Origin: Escherichia coli
GTDB lineage: Bacteria > Pseudomonadota > Gammaproteobacteria > Enterobacterales > Enterobacteriaceae
Length of the DNA stretch: 64,000 bases
Assembly: GCF_050320075.1 (NCBI RefSeq)
Contig: NZ_CP190018.1
Strand: one strand, 5' to 3'
Below are positions 30,672 to 43,507 of the stretch, one piece after another (the first letter of the stretch is position 1; each line of letters opens with the position of its first letter). A model generated the notes under the pieces. That model did not search any database and was not told where the DNA came from. It saw only the letters and a list, made by a program, of their open reading frames with translations. Position numbers and translations under genes: made by a program.

Positions 30672-31265
30672 ATGGAAAAATACCTTCACCTGTTAAGTCG
30701 GGGAGATAAAATTGGCCTGACATTGATTCGTCTGAGTATTGCGATTGTTTTTATGTGGATTGGGTTATTAAAGTTTGTCCCTTACGAGGCAGACAGCATT
30801 ACACCATTCGTCGCAAACAGTCCACTAATGTCGTTCTTTTATGAACACCCGGAAGACTATAAACAGTATCTGACTCACGAAGGCGAATACAAACCAGAAG
30901 CAAGGGCATGGCAATCGGCCAATAATACCTATGGTTTTTCCAACGGTCTTGGCGTCGTGGAGGTGATTATTGCTCTGCTGGTTTTGGCTAATCCTGTCAA
31001 TCGCTGGTTAGGTTTATTGGGAGGGCTGATGGCATTTACCACACCGTTGGTAACACTCTCATTTTTAATCACCACCCCGGAGGCATGGGTACCCGCATTG
31101 GGTGACGCTCATCATGGTTTCCCTTATTTATCTGGTGCTGGTCGCCTGGTATTGAAAGATACTCTGATGCTGGCAGGTGCTGTCATGATAATGGCAGATT
31201 CGGCGCGGGAAATTCTTAAACAACGCAGTAATGAATCCAGTTCAACGTTAAAAACTGAATATTGA
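30672..31265 (+). CDS. rclC: Inner-membrane protein, 197 aa
   Basis: MEKYLHLLSRGDKIGLTLIRLSIAIVFMWIGLLKF..., polytopic. Last gene of rclABC. Confidence 0.75.
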   Translation: MEKYLHLLSRGDKIGLTLIRLSIAIVFMWIGLLKFVPYEADSITPFVANSPLMSFFYEHPEDYKQYLTHEGEYKPEARAWQSANNTYGFSNGLGVVEVIIALLVLANPVNRWLGLLGGLMAFTTPLVTLSFLITTPEAWVPALGDAHHGFPYLSGAGRLVLKDTLMLAGAVMIMADSAREILKQRSNESSSTLKTEY

Positions 31266-31424
31266 TAATCCGAACACTGTCTGTTGTTCACTTTTTCAGG
31301 CGTCAGGCCCCCTTTCTGATGATGAAGCCTGACGCCATATTACCGGAGATATGACAGAGTGAAGATCAATATCACTCCCCTGTTAAAAGATTCTTGTCGT
31401 CTCAGGTAAAATACATGATTAATA

Positions 31425-32294
31425 TCAATCATGTATTTTTACAGCAAGACAACCACGAACAAATTCAGGATTAAAATGTTTTACCGACTCCCCAACATAA
31501 CCCAAATCAAGCGAACTAATTTGTGCCATTTCTTTCTCTGTCAGTGAGAAATCCCAGATAGCAAAATTTTCTTCGATACGCTGTTGATGTGTCGATTTCG
31601 GAATAACGACCACTCCCCGTTGAATATTCCAACGCAGAATGACTTGAGAAATCGATTTTTGATGGGCATCTGCAATACTCTGAAGCAGATTATTTTCAAA
31701 GGGTTTATGTCGTCCACCACCTAACGGAGCCCATGCTTCAGGCTGCACGTTATAATACTTCATGGTTGCCAGCGCCTCTGGTTGGGCAAAATAGGGATGC
31801 AACTCGACCTGGTTGACCATCGGTTTAACTCTTACCGTTTCACAAAAGTTCGCCAGAACATGAGGATAGAAATTGGAAACCCCAATTGCTTTTAATTTGC
31901 CCTCTTCATAGGCATCTTCGAGTGCACGCCACGCACTGAAATAATCGCGCATAGCCTGGTGCAATAAATAGAGGTCGAAGTATTCTAGTCCCGATTTTTT
32001 TAATGATGCTTCAATACCTGCTTTTGCCGTATCCTGATTCAACATATCCTGCACCCACAATTTAGACGTTATAAATAACTCATCTCGGGTACATAAACCT
32101 TCAGATATAGCTTCACGAACGGCTTCACCGACGGCATCTTCATTACCGTATACCGCTGCAGTGTCGATGAGTCGATAACCCGTGCGGATAGCATTCAACA
32201 CTGACTGTTTGCACACGTCTTTATCGGTAACCTGAAAAACACCAAATCCCATCATCGGCATTTTCAGATTGTTACTTAATACGGAAAATTCCAC
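31425..32294 (-). CDS. Aldo-keto reductase (NADPH-dependent), about 289 aa
   Basis: AKR motifs (GFGVFQ, IDTAAVYGNE, LYLLHQ, GVSNF). Paralogue of the ORF at 38340..39191. Probable GTG start 7 nt after a GGAGGG ribosome-binding site; the track start is 32309. Confidence 0.75.
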   Translation of the reverse strand: MEFSVLSNNLKMPMMGFGVFQVTDKDVCKQSVLNAIRTGYRLIDTAAVYGNEDAVGEAVREAISEGLCTRDELFITSKLWVQDMLNQDTAKAGIEASLKKSGLEYFDLYLLHQAMRDYFSAWRALEDAYEEGKLKAIGVSNFYPHVLANFCETVRVKPMVNQVELHPYFAQPEALATMKYYNVQPEAWAPLGGGRHKPFENNLLQSIADAHQKSISQVILRWNIQRGVVVIPKSTHQQRIEENFAIWDFSLTEKEMAQISSLDLGYVGESVKHFNPEFVRGCLAVKIHD

Positions 32295-32508
32295 TGTCAG
32301 TCCCTCCATTAGGTATGAACAATGAGTCTACGTTAAAACGTAACCTCAAATTAGTATGTGGATTTTGATATCACTTATGCAAAAAATTCATTAATAATGT
32401 AGGACTGAAACCTCTCTATTTTTGGGGCAATGAAGCAGACGCTATCAGTGCTTTTGCCTTGGGACTTGCTGTTTTTGATACACTTAAGGCCCAGGACATA
32501 ACGAAAAT

Positions 32509-33399
32509 GTGCGATATGACAAAGAATTAACGGAGAATGTGATGATCAGGCAGAAGATTCTACAGCAGCTCCTGGAGTGGATTGAGTGCAATCTTGAGCA
32601 CCCTATTTCAATCGAAGATATCGCACAGAAATCTGGCTACAGCAGACGCAACATCCAGCTTCTGTTCCGAAATTTCATGCATGTGCCTTTGGGAGAATAC
32701 ATTCGCAAACGAAGGCTTTGTCGTGCCGCCATTCTTGTCCGACTCACCGCGAAATCTATGCTTGATATTGCACTCTCTTTACATTTTGACTCACAGCAGT
32801 CATTCAGCCGCGAATTTAAAAAGTTATTCGGCTGCTCTCCCCGTGAATACCGCCACCGTGATTATTGGGATCTCGCAAATATCTTCCCTTCTTTTTTAAT
32901 ACGTCAACAGCAAAAGACGGAGTGTAGATTAGTCAACTTTCCTGAGACACCTATTTTTGGCAATTCATTTAAATATGATATTGAAGTATCGAATAAATCA
33001 CCGGATGAAGAAGTCAAACTGCGACGTCATCATTTAGCCAGATGTATGAAGAATTTTAAGACGGATATCTATTTCGTCTCCACATTCGAACCGTCAACAA
33101 AATCGGTCGATTTGCTCACAGTTGAAACTTTTGCCGGTACGGTATGCAAACAAACCGATTCAGAGATGTCGAAAGAGTGGACAATTAACCGAGGACTGTA
33201 TGCCTCTTTCCGCTATGAAGGTGAGTGGGAGCACTACCCTGAATGGGCGCGAAACCTCTATCTGATGGAATTACCTGCCAGGGGGTTAGCCAGAGTGAAC
33301 GGCAGTGATATTGAGCGATTTTATTACAATGAAAACTTCGTCGAAATTGATAGCAATAACATTGTTTGCGAAATTTTTATCCCCGTTCGCCCGGTTTAG
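32509..33399 (+). CDS. ykgA: AraC-family regulator with a C-terminal GyrI-like effector-binding domain
   Basis: N-terminal AraC HTH (ISIEDIAQKSGYSRRNIQLLFRNFMHVPLGEYIRKRRL) plus a C-terminal domain of about 150 aa. The symbol is assigned by position only. Confidence 0.55.
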   Translation: MRYDKELTENVMIRQKILQQLLEWIECNLEHPISIEDIAQKSGYSRRNIQLLFRNFMHVPLGEYIRKRRLCRAAILVRLTAKSMLDIALSLHFDSQQSFSREFKKLFGCSPREYRHRDYWDLANIFPSFLIRQQQKTECRLVNFPETPIFGNSFKYDIEVSNKSPDEEVKLRRHHLARCMKNFKTDIYFVSTFEPSTKSVDLLTVETFAGTVCKQTDSEMSKEWTINRGLYASFRYEGEWEHYPEWARNLYLMELPARGLARVNGSDIERFYYNENFVEIDSNNIVCEIFIPVRPV

Positions 33400-33471
33400 C
33401 CTGTAAATCCATCACATAAGATTTACCCTACCCTGCCACCGTCTAATCGGTACCAGGGTAGGTATTCAGTA

Positions 33472-33511
33472 AATAATGGCGCTGCGCATGTCAACGCCAT
33501 TATTATTTATT
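33472..33511. terminator. Stem-loop with T-rich tail between the convergent ykgA-like gene and eaeH
   Basis: Perfect 10-bp inverted repeat AATAATGGCG...CGCCATTATT followed by ATTTATT. Confidence 0.45.
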
Positions 33512-33523
33512 ACATCGTCGTTT

Positions 33524-36500
33524 TTATTTCTCCTCAGCACCTTCAGTATCTGCAGGAACGGCGTTAATTGTCACAGTCACTGGTTTCATTTCATACCCTC
33601 CATATGTCAAAGAGTTGAATGTGAATGTGTATGTACCTGGCTTGTTGGTACTAAATGTACGCGTGATTTTCCCGCTCGCGAAATGGTCATTTTTCGACGG
33701 CAGGAACTGATAATCCGCCTCTGTCACCCCTTCCGGAGCCTCAATGTCGACCCACATGGTTCCTCCTACGGGGTTGACACCCGACATCAGAGTAACCGTC
33801 AGTGTTGCAGTAGTCTTCCCGTCCGCCACCAGAGAATCTACACGCTCTGGAGATGCAGCGAGCTCCGCGTTTTTATCATCCGCGACGAATTTAGATTCGG
33901 CAGTTTTCGTCGATTCCTGACCGTCGGCCTGTTCCACTTTCGCCGTGAGTGTATATGTCGCTGCGACAGTGGTCGTGGCGGTGAAAATAGCCTGTCCTTG
34001 CTCATTCGTTGTCGCCGTCCCATCGGGATCCAGAGCTAAATTTGCCGGGCTAGCAGTCAGCGTCACCTCGCTATCTTTCAACAGGTTGTTATTGGCATCA
34101 GTCACCGTAACTTTATACGTCTGTTTGGCTTTGCCATCCGCCAGTGCATAGTTGCCAATCACCTCAATACCGGAGACGGTTGCGGTCGCCTTATCGGCCA
34201 CAAACGTTATAGTCTGCGCATCCGAAGGCTGGTCATTTCCTGCCGATGCCGTGATCTCATAGGTTCCGGCAGTCACGGAAACCACCTGCAACTCTGCTTT
34301 CCCCTCATCGTTGGCTTTCACCCAGACATTATCGCCAGTAAGCGGCTTGACACCCCGGGGCAGATTAAAGGTCACCAGAGTGCCTGGAACAGGGTTACCG
34401 TTTTTATCCTCAACGGTCGCCGTCAGCGTAAAGGCATCTTTGCCGTTTGCCACTTTTTGAACGGCGGTGTCAACCTGCAGGTTTGCCTGACCGGTGCTGG
34501 CATCCGCGTTGAATTTCACCGTGACCGTCTTCTGAGAGTTTTTCACCGCGGCCGCGATTTCAAGTTCCCCTGCAACGGTTGATATCAACTCAATATCCGC
34601 TTTACCTGCCGCATTGGTTGTTACTGTATTCCCCGTCTTGCTAGTCACACCCTGCGGTAAAGTCAGCGTAACTTCTTGCCCCTGCAACGGGTTACCATAG
34701 CTGTCCACGACGGTCAGGGTTATCTGGTTAGCAGACTGTCCATTAGCCAGTTGGTTATTAACCTTCACTGTCATATCACGAATCTCAGCCTGAGAAGCGT
34801 CCCCTGCAACGTTCAGCACCAGTGGCTGAGCAACAGCATTTTGGCCGTTCACTCGCGGCATCACAGACAACTGACCCGCGGCAGATCCCAGCGTTAAGGT
34901 CGACACGTAGACCCCATTACCTTTCTCTGTCCAGTTTCCTGCTGAAGGACGCTCACTCCCCGTGCTGGCGGCACCGCTAAACACTGGTGCATCTGGCTTC
35001 AGCCCGGTGACCGGATTCCCGTACGCATCCTTCACGGTGAAGGTGAGTTCCGTCGTCGTTTTAACCGTTGGAGTTTTATTGTCCGCAACAAGCGTAGAAT
35101 TCGCTGATGACATCTCTCCGGCAATAACAGTCAGCTGCGCGGCTTCGGTGGCTGCTGGCTGGCCGTTGAAGAGCGGCATGACACGAAGCTCGCCCGTCTT
35201 TCCGCCTGTAGTTAACGTAGCAACATAGGAACCGTCACCTTTTTCGGTCCAACTGGAAACGGTCGCCCCTTCAGAGGCGGTCCCCGTCAAACTTGCCGAC
35301 AACGAAAGACCACTGATAGCGTTGCCATGTGCATCTTTCGCCACCAACGTCACGGTTGTGCTTTCGCCGGCTTTTACGTGATCTTCCGCGACAGAGACTT
35401 TCGACTGGTTTGAAGATAACGCATCAGCCACCACGGTTACTTTTGCCGCATTTGCTGCCGCATCCTGTCCATTTAGCTTCGGCATAACTTCTAATTCACC
35501 CGCCGTAGAGCCGAGAGTAATCTGCGCAGTCCACGTCCCATCACCATTATTTGTCCAGCCAGATGCCGTAGAACCAACAGCAGCGGCACCCGCTAATGAC
35601 GGCGCTTCCGGCGTGAGGCTGGTCACAGGGTTGTCATTGGCATCTTTTGTCGACCAGATTGCCGTAAGCGTACCGCCGACCACCGGTTTATCAGGATTCA
35701 GGGTGATGGACGAATGTGCTGCATCAAGCGGCCCGGCAACAAACTTCAGCGTTTGTTGTAATGTGCCCAGCTGATACTGCTCGCTGAAGGCGCGCACAAC
35801 AACGTTTCCGGCACGGGTCGAAGAAACCGTGGCGCTGTAAACCCCTGGTTTTATTTCCGAAATGGCACCAACGGTAACACCATTAGTGTCTTGCGGAACA
35901 AGTCGCAGGCGGCTGGCTTCTCCCGTCACCGGATTACCCTCGGAGTCCACCGCAGTCAGCGTCAGCGTGTAGGCTTGCTGACCATCAGCAACCACGTCAC
36001 CTGACGGCTCGTTAGCGCTCAGGGTGGAGTTTGCCACATCCATCATCGTGGCCCGCAGTTCTGCAGTGACGGTTTTGCTCATGCCATCAACGCTAACAGT
36101 AATCGTTGCCTCACCTGACTGCGTTCCGGTCGTAAAGACAGACTGGTACACCCCTGCTTCAGTTTCGGTGAACTCACCCAGTGTGGGCTGTGCCTGTGAT
36201 TTAGTGGCCTTCAGGGTACGAGTCACAATATTTCCAGCCGGTTTGAAGGTTAGTTCAGTCTTGATCTGCTCCTTCATGCCCGTGACTGGCTGACCCTCGG
36301 CGTCGCGCATAGACAGCACCAGCGGCTTTTGCTCATTACCGTTAGCAAGCATTTGAATACGGCTCTGACCGTCAAGCGTTAACGCCGTGCGATCGGCGCT
36401 CATACCAGCTCCGGTAATAACCACTTCTGTCTGCACACGTTTCGAGGCATTGCCTTTGTTATCGTAGGCAACTGCTGAAATCGCATAATAATTGTCTTTG

Positions 36501-37774
36501 CCTGGACGATAAGCCGGGAGCGTTACTTGCCACTGACTACCCTGACCGGTAATTTTGCCACCTTCAGCCAGTAATGACGGCGCTTCCCACTGCACATTTT
36601 TCAGTCCGTGTGTTGCTTTGCTGACCACAAGCCCCAGGGAAACCGTCTGACCGCCCTTACCTTCAATACGCTCAGGCAGAGCAATACGGATCACTTCAGA
36701 TTTGCGGTACTCAAGAACGATGTTGTTATTACGCTCAACCAGGTCATAGCGGCTGCCTGCCAGCATTCGACGCTCGCGAATGCTGTCTGTATCGAGTTGT
36801 TTTTGCAGAGGTTCGCCAATCCGATAATTAACTTCCAAGCCAAAGCGAGTGTCATTCTCACCACTCTTGCCCTGCTTATGCCCGGCACTCAGGGTCAGAA
36901 GAGGCACTGGCGTGTAATTCACTTCAGCGGTAATCGCATGTGGATCTTTCTGGCGTTTATCTTTGCCAAACAGCCCGACTTCATCGCCATAATACTGCTC
37001 ATACATCAGGCTTGCGCCAAGCTGCGGCCAGGCGGGTAAATAGCCCTCAGCACGAATATCCCAGCCATTCGCCGGGCGTTCCTGATAATCCTCAACATCC
37101 GGCGATTTTTTCCAGCCAGAAGCCCGGATATAACCATTGGCGCTCAATTTCAAATAATCACGCCAGTATTCCGCACCAACACCAATGCGGGTATGACTAC
37201 GGGATAAATCATGGTCGATAAAGGTGTTCACCCCCGCCATCCAGTCATTTCCTGAAAAATGACGCCAGCCAAAACCAATATTTGACTGAGTACGATCGTC
37301 GGTACGATGTATTGCCCCCTGAGTGAACAACATATTTGTCGGTGTATCATAAATCGGATAAAGCATTTCCAGCGAAGAATCCTTCAGCGAGAAATCTTTA
37401 TCGACATTCAGTTTGACGCGCGCAGTACCGTATTTCCCGAGCCACTCCTGAATTTCCTGGTTAGCTTTAGCGGTGGCCATTCCGGTAATAAAGTTACGTG
37501 TCGCATCGCTATCTGGCTGACTGCTTAAAAATGTCCCGGCATTTGCGGCAAACGACGCGACATTTTTCTCCACATTATTATCAGCAGCTACTGTGGTATT
37601 TTCCATGCTCAAACGTGGCTGAACCGCATGCTGCGCACGTGCTGCCATTACTGGCGTAAAGGTGACAGCGAGTGGAAAAAGAACCTGAACAGAGATATTT
37701 GCCCACGCCACGCAGCGGGCCAGAACTGAATAACGAAATCGTGGTTGTTTATGACCTGTTTTATAACGTGACAT
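33524..37774 (-). CDS. eaeH: Intimin/invasin-family inverse-autotransporter adhesin with tandem bacterial Ig-like domains, 1416 aa, apparently full length
   Basis: N-terminal signal and beta-barrel region, then many repeated Ig-like modules (for example GWTNNGDGTWTAQITLGSTAGELEVMPKLNGQ / SWTEKGDGSYVATLTTGGKTGELRVMPLFNGQ / NWTEKGNGVYVSTLTLGSAAGQLSVMPRVNGQ). Single uninterrupted ORF. Confidence 0.85.
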   Translation of the reverse strand: MSRYKTGHKQPRFRYSVLARCVAWANISVQVLFPLAVTFTPVMAARAQHAVQPRLSMENTTVAADNNVEKNVASFAANAGTFLSSQPDSDATRNFITGMATAKANQEIQEWLGKYGTARVKLNVDKDFSLKDSSLEMLYPIYDTPTNMLFTQGAIHRTDDRTQSNIGFGWRHFSGNDWMAGVNTFIDHDLSRSHTRIGVGAEYWRDYLKLSANGYIRASGWKKSPDVEDYQERPANGWDIRAEGYLPAWPQLGASLMYEQYYGDEVGLFGKDKRQKDPHAITAEVNYTPVPLLTLSAGHKQGKSGENDTRFGLEVNYRIGEPLQKQLDTDSIRERRMLAGSRYDLVERNNNIVLEYRKSEVIRIALPERIEGKGGQTVSLGLVVSKATHGLKNVQWEAPSLLAEGGKITGQGSQWQVTLPAYRPGKDNYYAISAVAYDNKGNASKRVQTEVVITGAGMSADRTALTLDGQSRIQMLANGNEQKPLVLSMRDAEGQPVTGMKEQIKTELTFKPAGNIVTRTLKATKSQAQPTLGEFTETEAGVYQSVFTTGTQSGEATITVSVDGMSKTVTAELRATMMDVANSTLSANEPSGDVVADGQQAYTLTLTAVDSEGNPVTGEASRLRLVPQDTNGVTVGAISEIKPGVYSATVSSTRAGNVVVRAFSEQYQLGTLQQTLKFVAGPLDAAHSSITLNPDKPVVGGTLTAIWSTKDANDNPVTSLTPEAPSLAGAAAVGSTASGWTNNGDGTWTAQITLGSTAGELEVMPKLNGQDAAANAAKVTVVADALSSNQSKVSVAEDHVKAGESTTVTLVAKDAHGNAISGLSLSASLTGTASEGATVSSWTEKGDGSYVATLTTGGKTGELRVMPLFNGQPAATEAAQLTVIAGEMSSANSTLVADNKTPTVKTTTELTFTVKDAYGNPVTGLKPDAPVFSGAASTGSERPSAGNWTEKGNGVYVSTLTLGSAAGQLSVMPRVNGQNAVAQPLVLNVAGDASQAEIRDMTVKVNNQLANGQSANQITLTVVDSYGNPLQGQEVTLTLPQGVTSKTGNTVTTNAAGKADIELISTVAGELEIAAAVKNSQKTVTVKFNADASTGQANLQVDTAVQKVANGKDAFTLTATVEDKNGNPVPGTLVTFNLPRGVKPLTGDNVWVKANDEGKAELQVVSVTAGTYEITASAGNDQPSDAQTITFVADKATATVSGIEVIGNYALADGKAKQTYKVTVTDANNNLLKDSEVTLTASPANLALDPDGTATTNEQGQAIFTATTTVAATYTLTAKVEQADGQESTKTAESKFVADDKNAELAASPERVDSLVADGKTTATLTVTLMSGVNPVGGTMWVDIEAPEGVTEADYQFLPSKNDHFASGKITRTFSTNKPGTYTFTFNSLTYGGYEMKPVTVTINAVPADTEGAEEK

Positions 37775-38324
37775 TGAGATAATTTCCTGATGAACGAATT
37801 AACGAACATAGGCAGACACAAATAATGGCGTCTGCTTGTCAGAAAAACCGGGGATTTCCCGGTTTCCTTTTCCGCAGAAAAGGAAATACCTTTATGTAAG
37901 AAAGTACACCGCCACCTAATATATCCAGTGTCTGTAGCCACTCATCAGGTGGTTGGGCGCGGGATTATATTTTTATTTATGGGTAAAAATTTAGCTTTTT
38001 GTGCAAGTTATTAAATAGATACTTAAGTTATATTTCTTACTCTGCGGGCAGTGAATAATTCATTATTAAGAGTGAATAATAATGACCCGTCTTTAATTAA
38101 CTGCTATTGGGAGTACGTCGAAGTGAGTATATACGCCAGGATAAACCAATATATTTTTTATGGACATTCATTTATATTCATCGGACTGTAAATTCCGGGG
38201 ATATCGAACTTGCACGACTAATCTCAACCCTCAAACAGATTTATGAATTTTGTTCATAACCCCTGACAAATCCTGCCGTCTAATCGAGCTTTTCCCTTTA
38301 CGTTATGCTTCTCATGAACGATAA

Positions 38325-41248
<2,924 letters not shown>

Positions 41249-41330
41249 CTAAACTTTCAGGAGATTTATTATGAATAAACGTATCCTCACGATTGCGCCA
41301 TTCTTCTTACCGATATTCTGACACACATCA

Positions 41331-42257
41331 TTAACTTTCTATTTTTACTCTTTTCTCCACCATAAAATCAATAAAAGCACGAACTTTAGAGGGCATTCTC
41401 ACCCGTGATGAAACATATATATAAAATCCAGGAAATGAAACGGCCCAATCCTCAAGAATCGGCTGTAACTTGCCCGCATTGATATGTTCAGCGATTGCAA
41501 AATCCAGATGTTGAATGATACCCGTTCCATTCAGCGCCATTCGTATCATGCTTTCGTCATCATTAGAAATATACTTACCTGAAACCTCTATTTCGAACTC
41601 TTCATTACCCCCCACAACATTAGAAAACTCCCATGCAGAGAGTGCACCGCTACTTTTATGCCGCAACCGAAGGCAATTATGGTTACTCAGTTCCTGAGGC
41701 GTTTCAGGAATACCGTGTTCTTTTAAATAATCTGGCGATGCCACAGTAACCAGTTTAATAAGCGGAGAAACAGGAACGGCAGTCATATGCTCATCCAGTC
41801 CTTGCTCAAGACGTATGCCCACATCACAGCCGTCCGCAATAATGTTAGATAAACCGTCATCCATAATGAGTTCTATCTTTGTTTTGGGGTAACGAGTAAG
41901 AAACTCGCCAATATGAGGCTCAACAAGCATCCGTGCTGCAACACGGGAGGAATTTATTCTCAACAGGCCTGTAGGTTCAAGTTGGGTATCACCAACATCT
42001 TTCAAAGCATCATCAATTTGCCCCAAAGCCGACACCAGCACTTCATACAGACGCTGTCCTTCCTCAGTAAGCGACATATTGCGGGTCGTACGGTATATCA
42101 GCTTGGTGTTAAGACGTTCCTCAAGAGATTTTAAATTCTGGGACAATGCGGCCCGCGTAATACCCATTTCAGAAGCGGCTCTGGAAAAACTGCCGGCACG
42201 AACAATAAGCGCAAACCAGGCAAGAGAAGGCAAAATTGAAGGCTCTATTTTCATCAT
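41331..42257 (-). CDS. LysR-family transcriptional regulator, about 308 aa
   Basis: HTH LAWFALIVRAGSFSRAASEMGITRAALSQNLKSLEERL. Divergent from the hydrolase/OYE genes. Start uncertain (internal MMKIEPS). Confidence 0.75.
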   Translation of the reverse strand: MMKIEPSILPSLAWFALIVRAGSFSRAASEMGITRAALSQNLKSLEERLNTKLIYRTTRNMSLTEEGQRLYEVLVSALGQIDDALKDVGDTQLEPTGLLRINSSRVAARMLVEPHIGEFLTRYPKTKIELIMDDGLSNIIADGCDVGIRLEQGLDEHMTAVPVSPLIKLVTVASPDYLKEHGIPETPQELSNHNCLRLRHKSSGALSAWEFSNVVGGNEEFEIEVSGKYISNDDESMIRMALNGTGIIQHLDFAIAEHINAGKLQPILEDWAVSFPGFYIYVSSRVRMPSKVRAFIDFMVEKRVKIES

Positions 42258-42413
42258 TGTAAACCTTAACTTAACACTGTGATAGATATTAGACCATTGA
42301 TGATAACCAATACAAGTCATACTATTACGCCGTTCTCGATATGAACACGAATGCCAGTTGCGGATAATAGAAATGATATTTAAATCTGTTTAGGCAAATC
42401 CCCGGAGCTTGAA

Positions 42414-43334
42414 ATGAAAACTGTTTCGATAAAACATACTTACTGGGATATAGCTGCTGATATCTATTTCCCTGACGATTTTAATAGTGAAAAAAAGTAT
42501 CCTGCCATTATCAGCGCCCATCCAATTGGAAGCTGCAAAGAACAGACATCGGGTAGTGTGTATGGTGCCGCCCTGGCAAAAGCTGGTTTTATCGTCATTG
42601 CTTTTGATGCCAGTTTTCAGGGAAGCAGCGGTGGAGAACCGCGTTATCTGGAAGATCCAACAATGCGAGTAAAAGACTTCAGCATTGTCGTTGATTACCT
42701 TACCACCTTACCTTACGTTGATGCCGGGCGTATTGGTGTACTGGGTATTTGTGGTGGAGGTGGATATGCCATTAATGCCGCAATGACAGAACGTCGAATT
42801 AAAGCTATTGGTACTGTCACGGGTGCAAACTACGGGCGTCTTATGCGTGAGGGATTTACAGCGTTTAATCCTATCGGAGCACTCGAAGCGATGGCGCAAC
42901 AAAGAACAGACGAAGCTAACGGCGCAAAACTTCGCGTAGATGATTTACTCCCCTCTTCTCCGGATGCAGCTCTTGAAGCGGGATTAACAGAAATAGACCT
43001 TTTTGAAGCCACAGAATATTATCGTTCGCCACGAGGCTGTGCACCTAATGGGGTAAATCGTTCGCTATTCTCACATCAGACTGTTGCCGTGGGTTGGGAT
43101 GCATTTCATCTTGCAGAAGTCCTGTTAACTCAACCAATAATGGTTGTGGTGGGCGATAGAGTGGGCGCATTTGGTGCCTACCGTGACGGCTGCGAAATTA
43201 TTGGCCGCGCTGCCTCAAAACATAAAGAGCTGGTCGTGGTTGAAGGTTATTCACATTACGACCTGTATGATAAGCCAGAACCTGTGAAACAGGCACTCGA
43301 AAAATTAATTCCTTTTTATAAAACACATTTGTAA
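42414..43334 (+). CDS. Alpha/beta-fold hydrolase (dienelactone-hydrolase-like), cytoplasmic, 306 aa
   Basis: Nucleophile-elbow-like LGICGGGGYA and a C-terminal HxD region (GYSHYDLYD). No signal peptide. Paralogue of 61616..62752. Confidence 0.65.
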   Translation: MKTVSIKHTYWDIAADIYFPDDFNSEKKYPAIISAHPIGSCKEQTSGSVYGAALAKAGFIVIAFDASFQGSSGGEPRYLEDPTMRVKDFSIVVDYLTTLPYVDAGRIGVLGICGGGGYAINAAMTERRIKAIGTVTGANYGRLMREGFTAFNPIGALEAMAQQRTDEANGAKLRVDDLLPSSPDAALEAGLTEIDLFEATEYYRSPRGCAPNGVNRSLFSHQTVAVGWDAFHLAEVLLTQPIMVVVGDRVGAFGAYRDGCEIIGRAASKHKELVVVEGYSHYDLYDKPEPVKQALEKLIPFYKTHL

Positions 43335-43507
43335 TAATCTTACAGGGAGATTCCTTATCTCCCTGACATTTATCCTTTATTGACTACACAACAATAATAA
43401 AATTACTCAAAAAGAATTCTATTAAAGGAAAAAAAGCATCAAAAAGTAGCAACTCAACTTATTAAGATTATACGCATTAAAATCAGATAAACATTTGAGG
43501 TATTGTT

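Noticed and set aside
31297-31336. Inverted repeat GGCGTCAGGC...GCCTGACGCC between the convergent rclC and AKR genes, considered as a terminator.
   Set aside because: The 18-nt loop and lack of a clear T-tract on either strand make a canonical intrinsic terminator doubtful; it may still be a structural or binding element.
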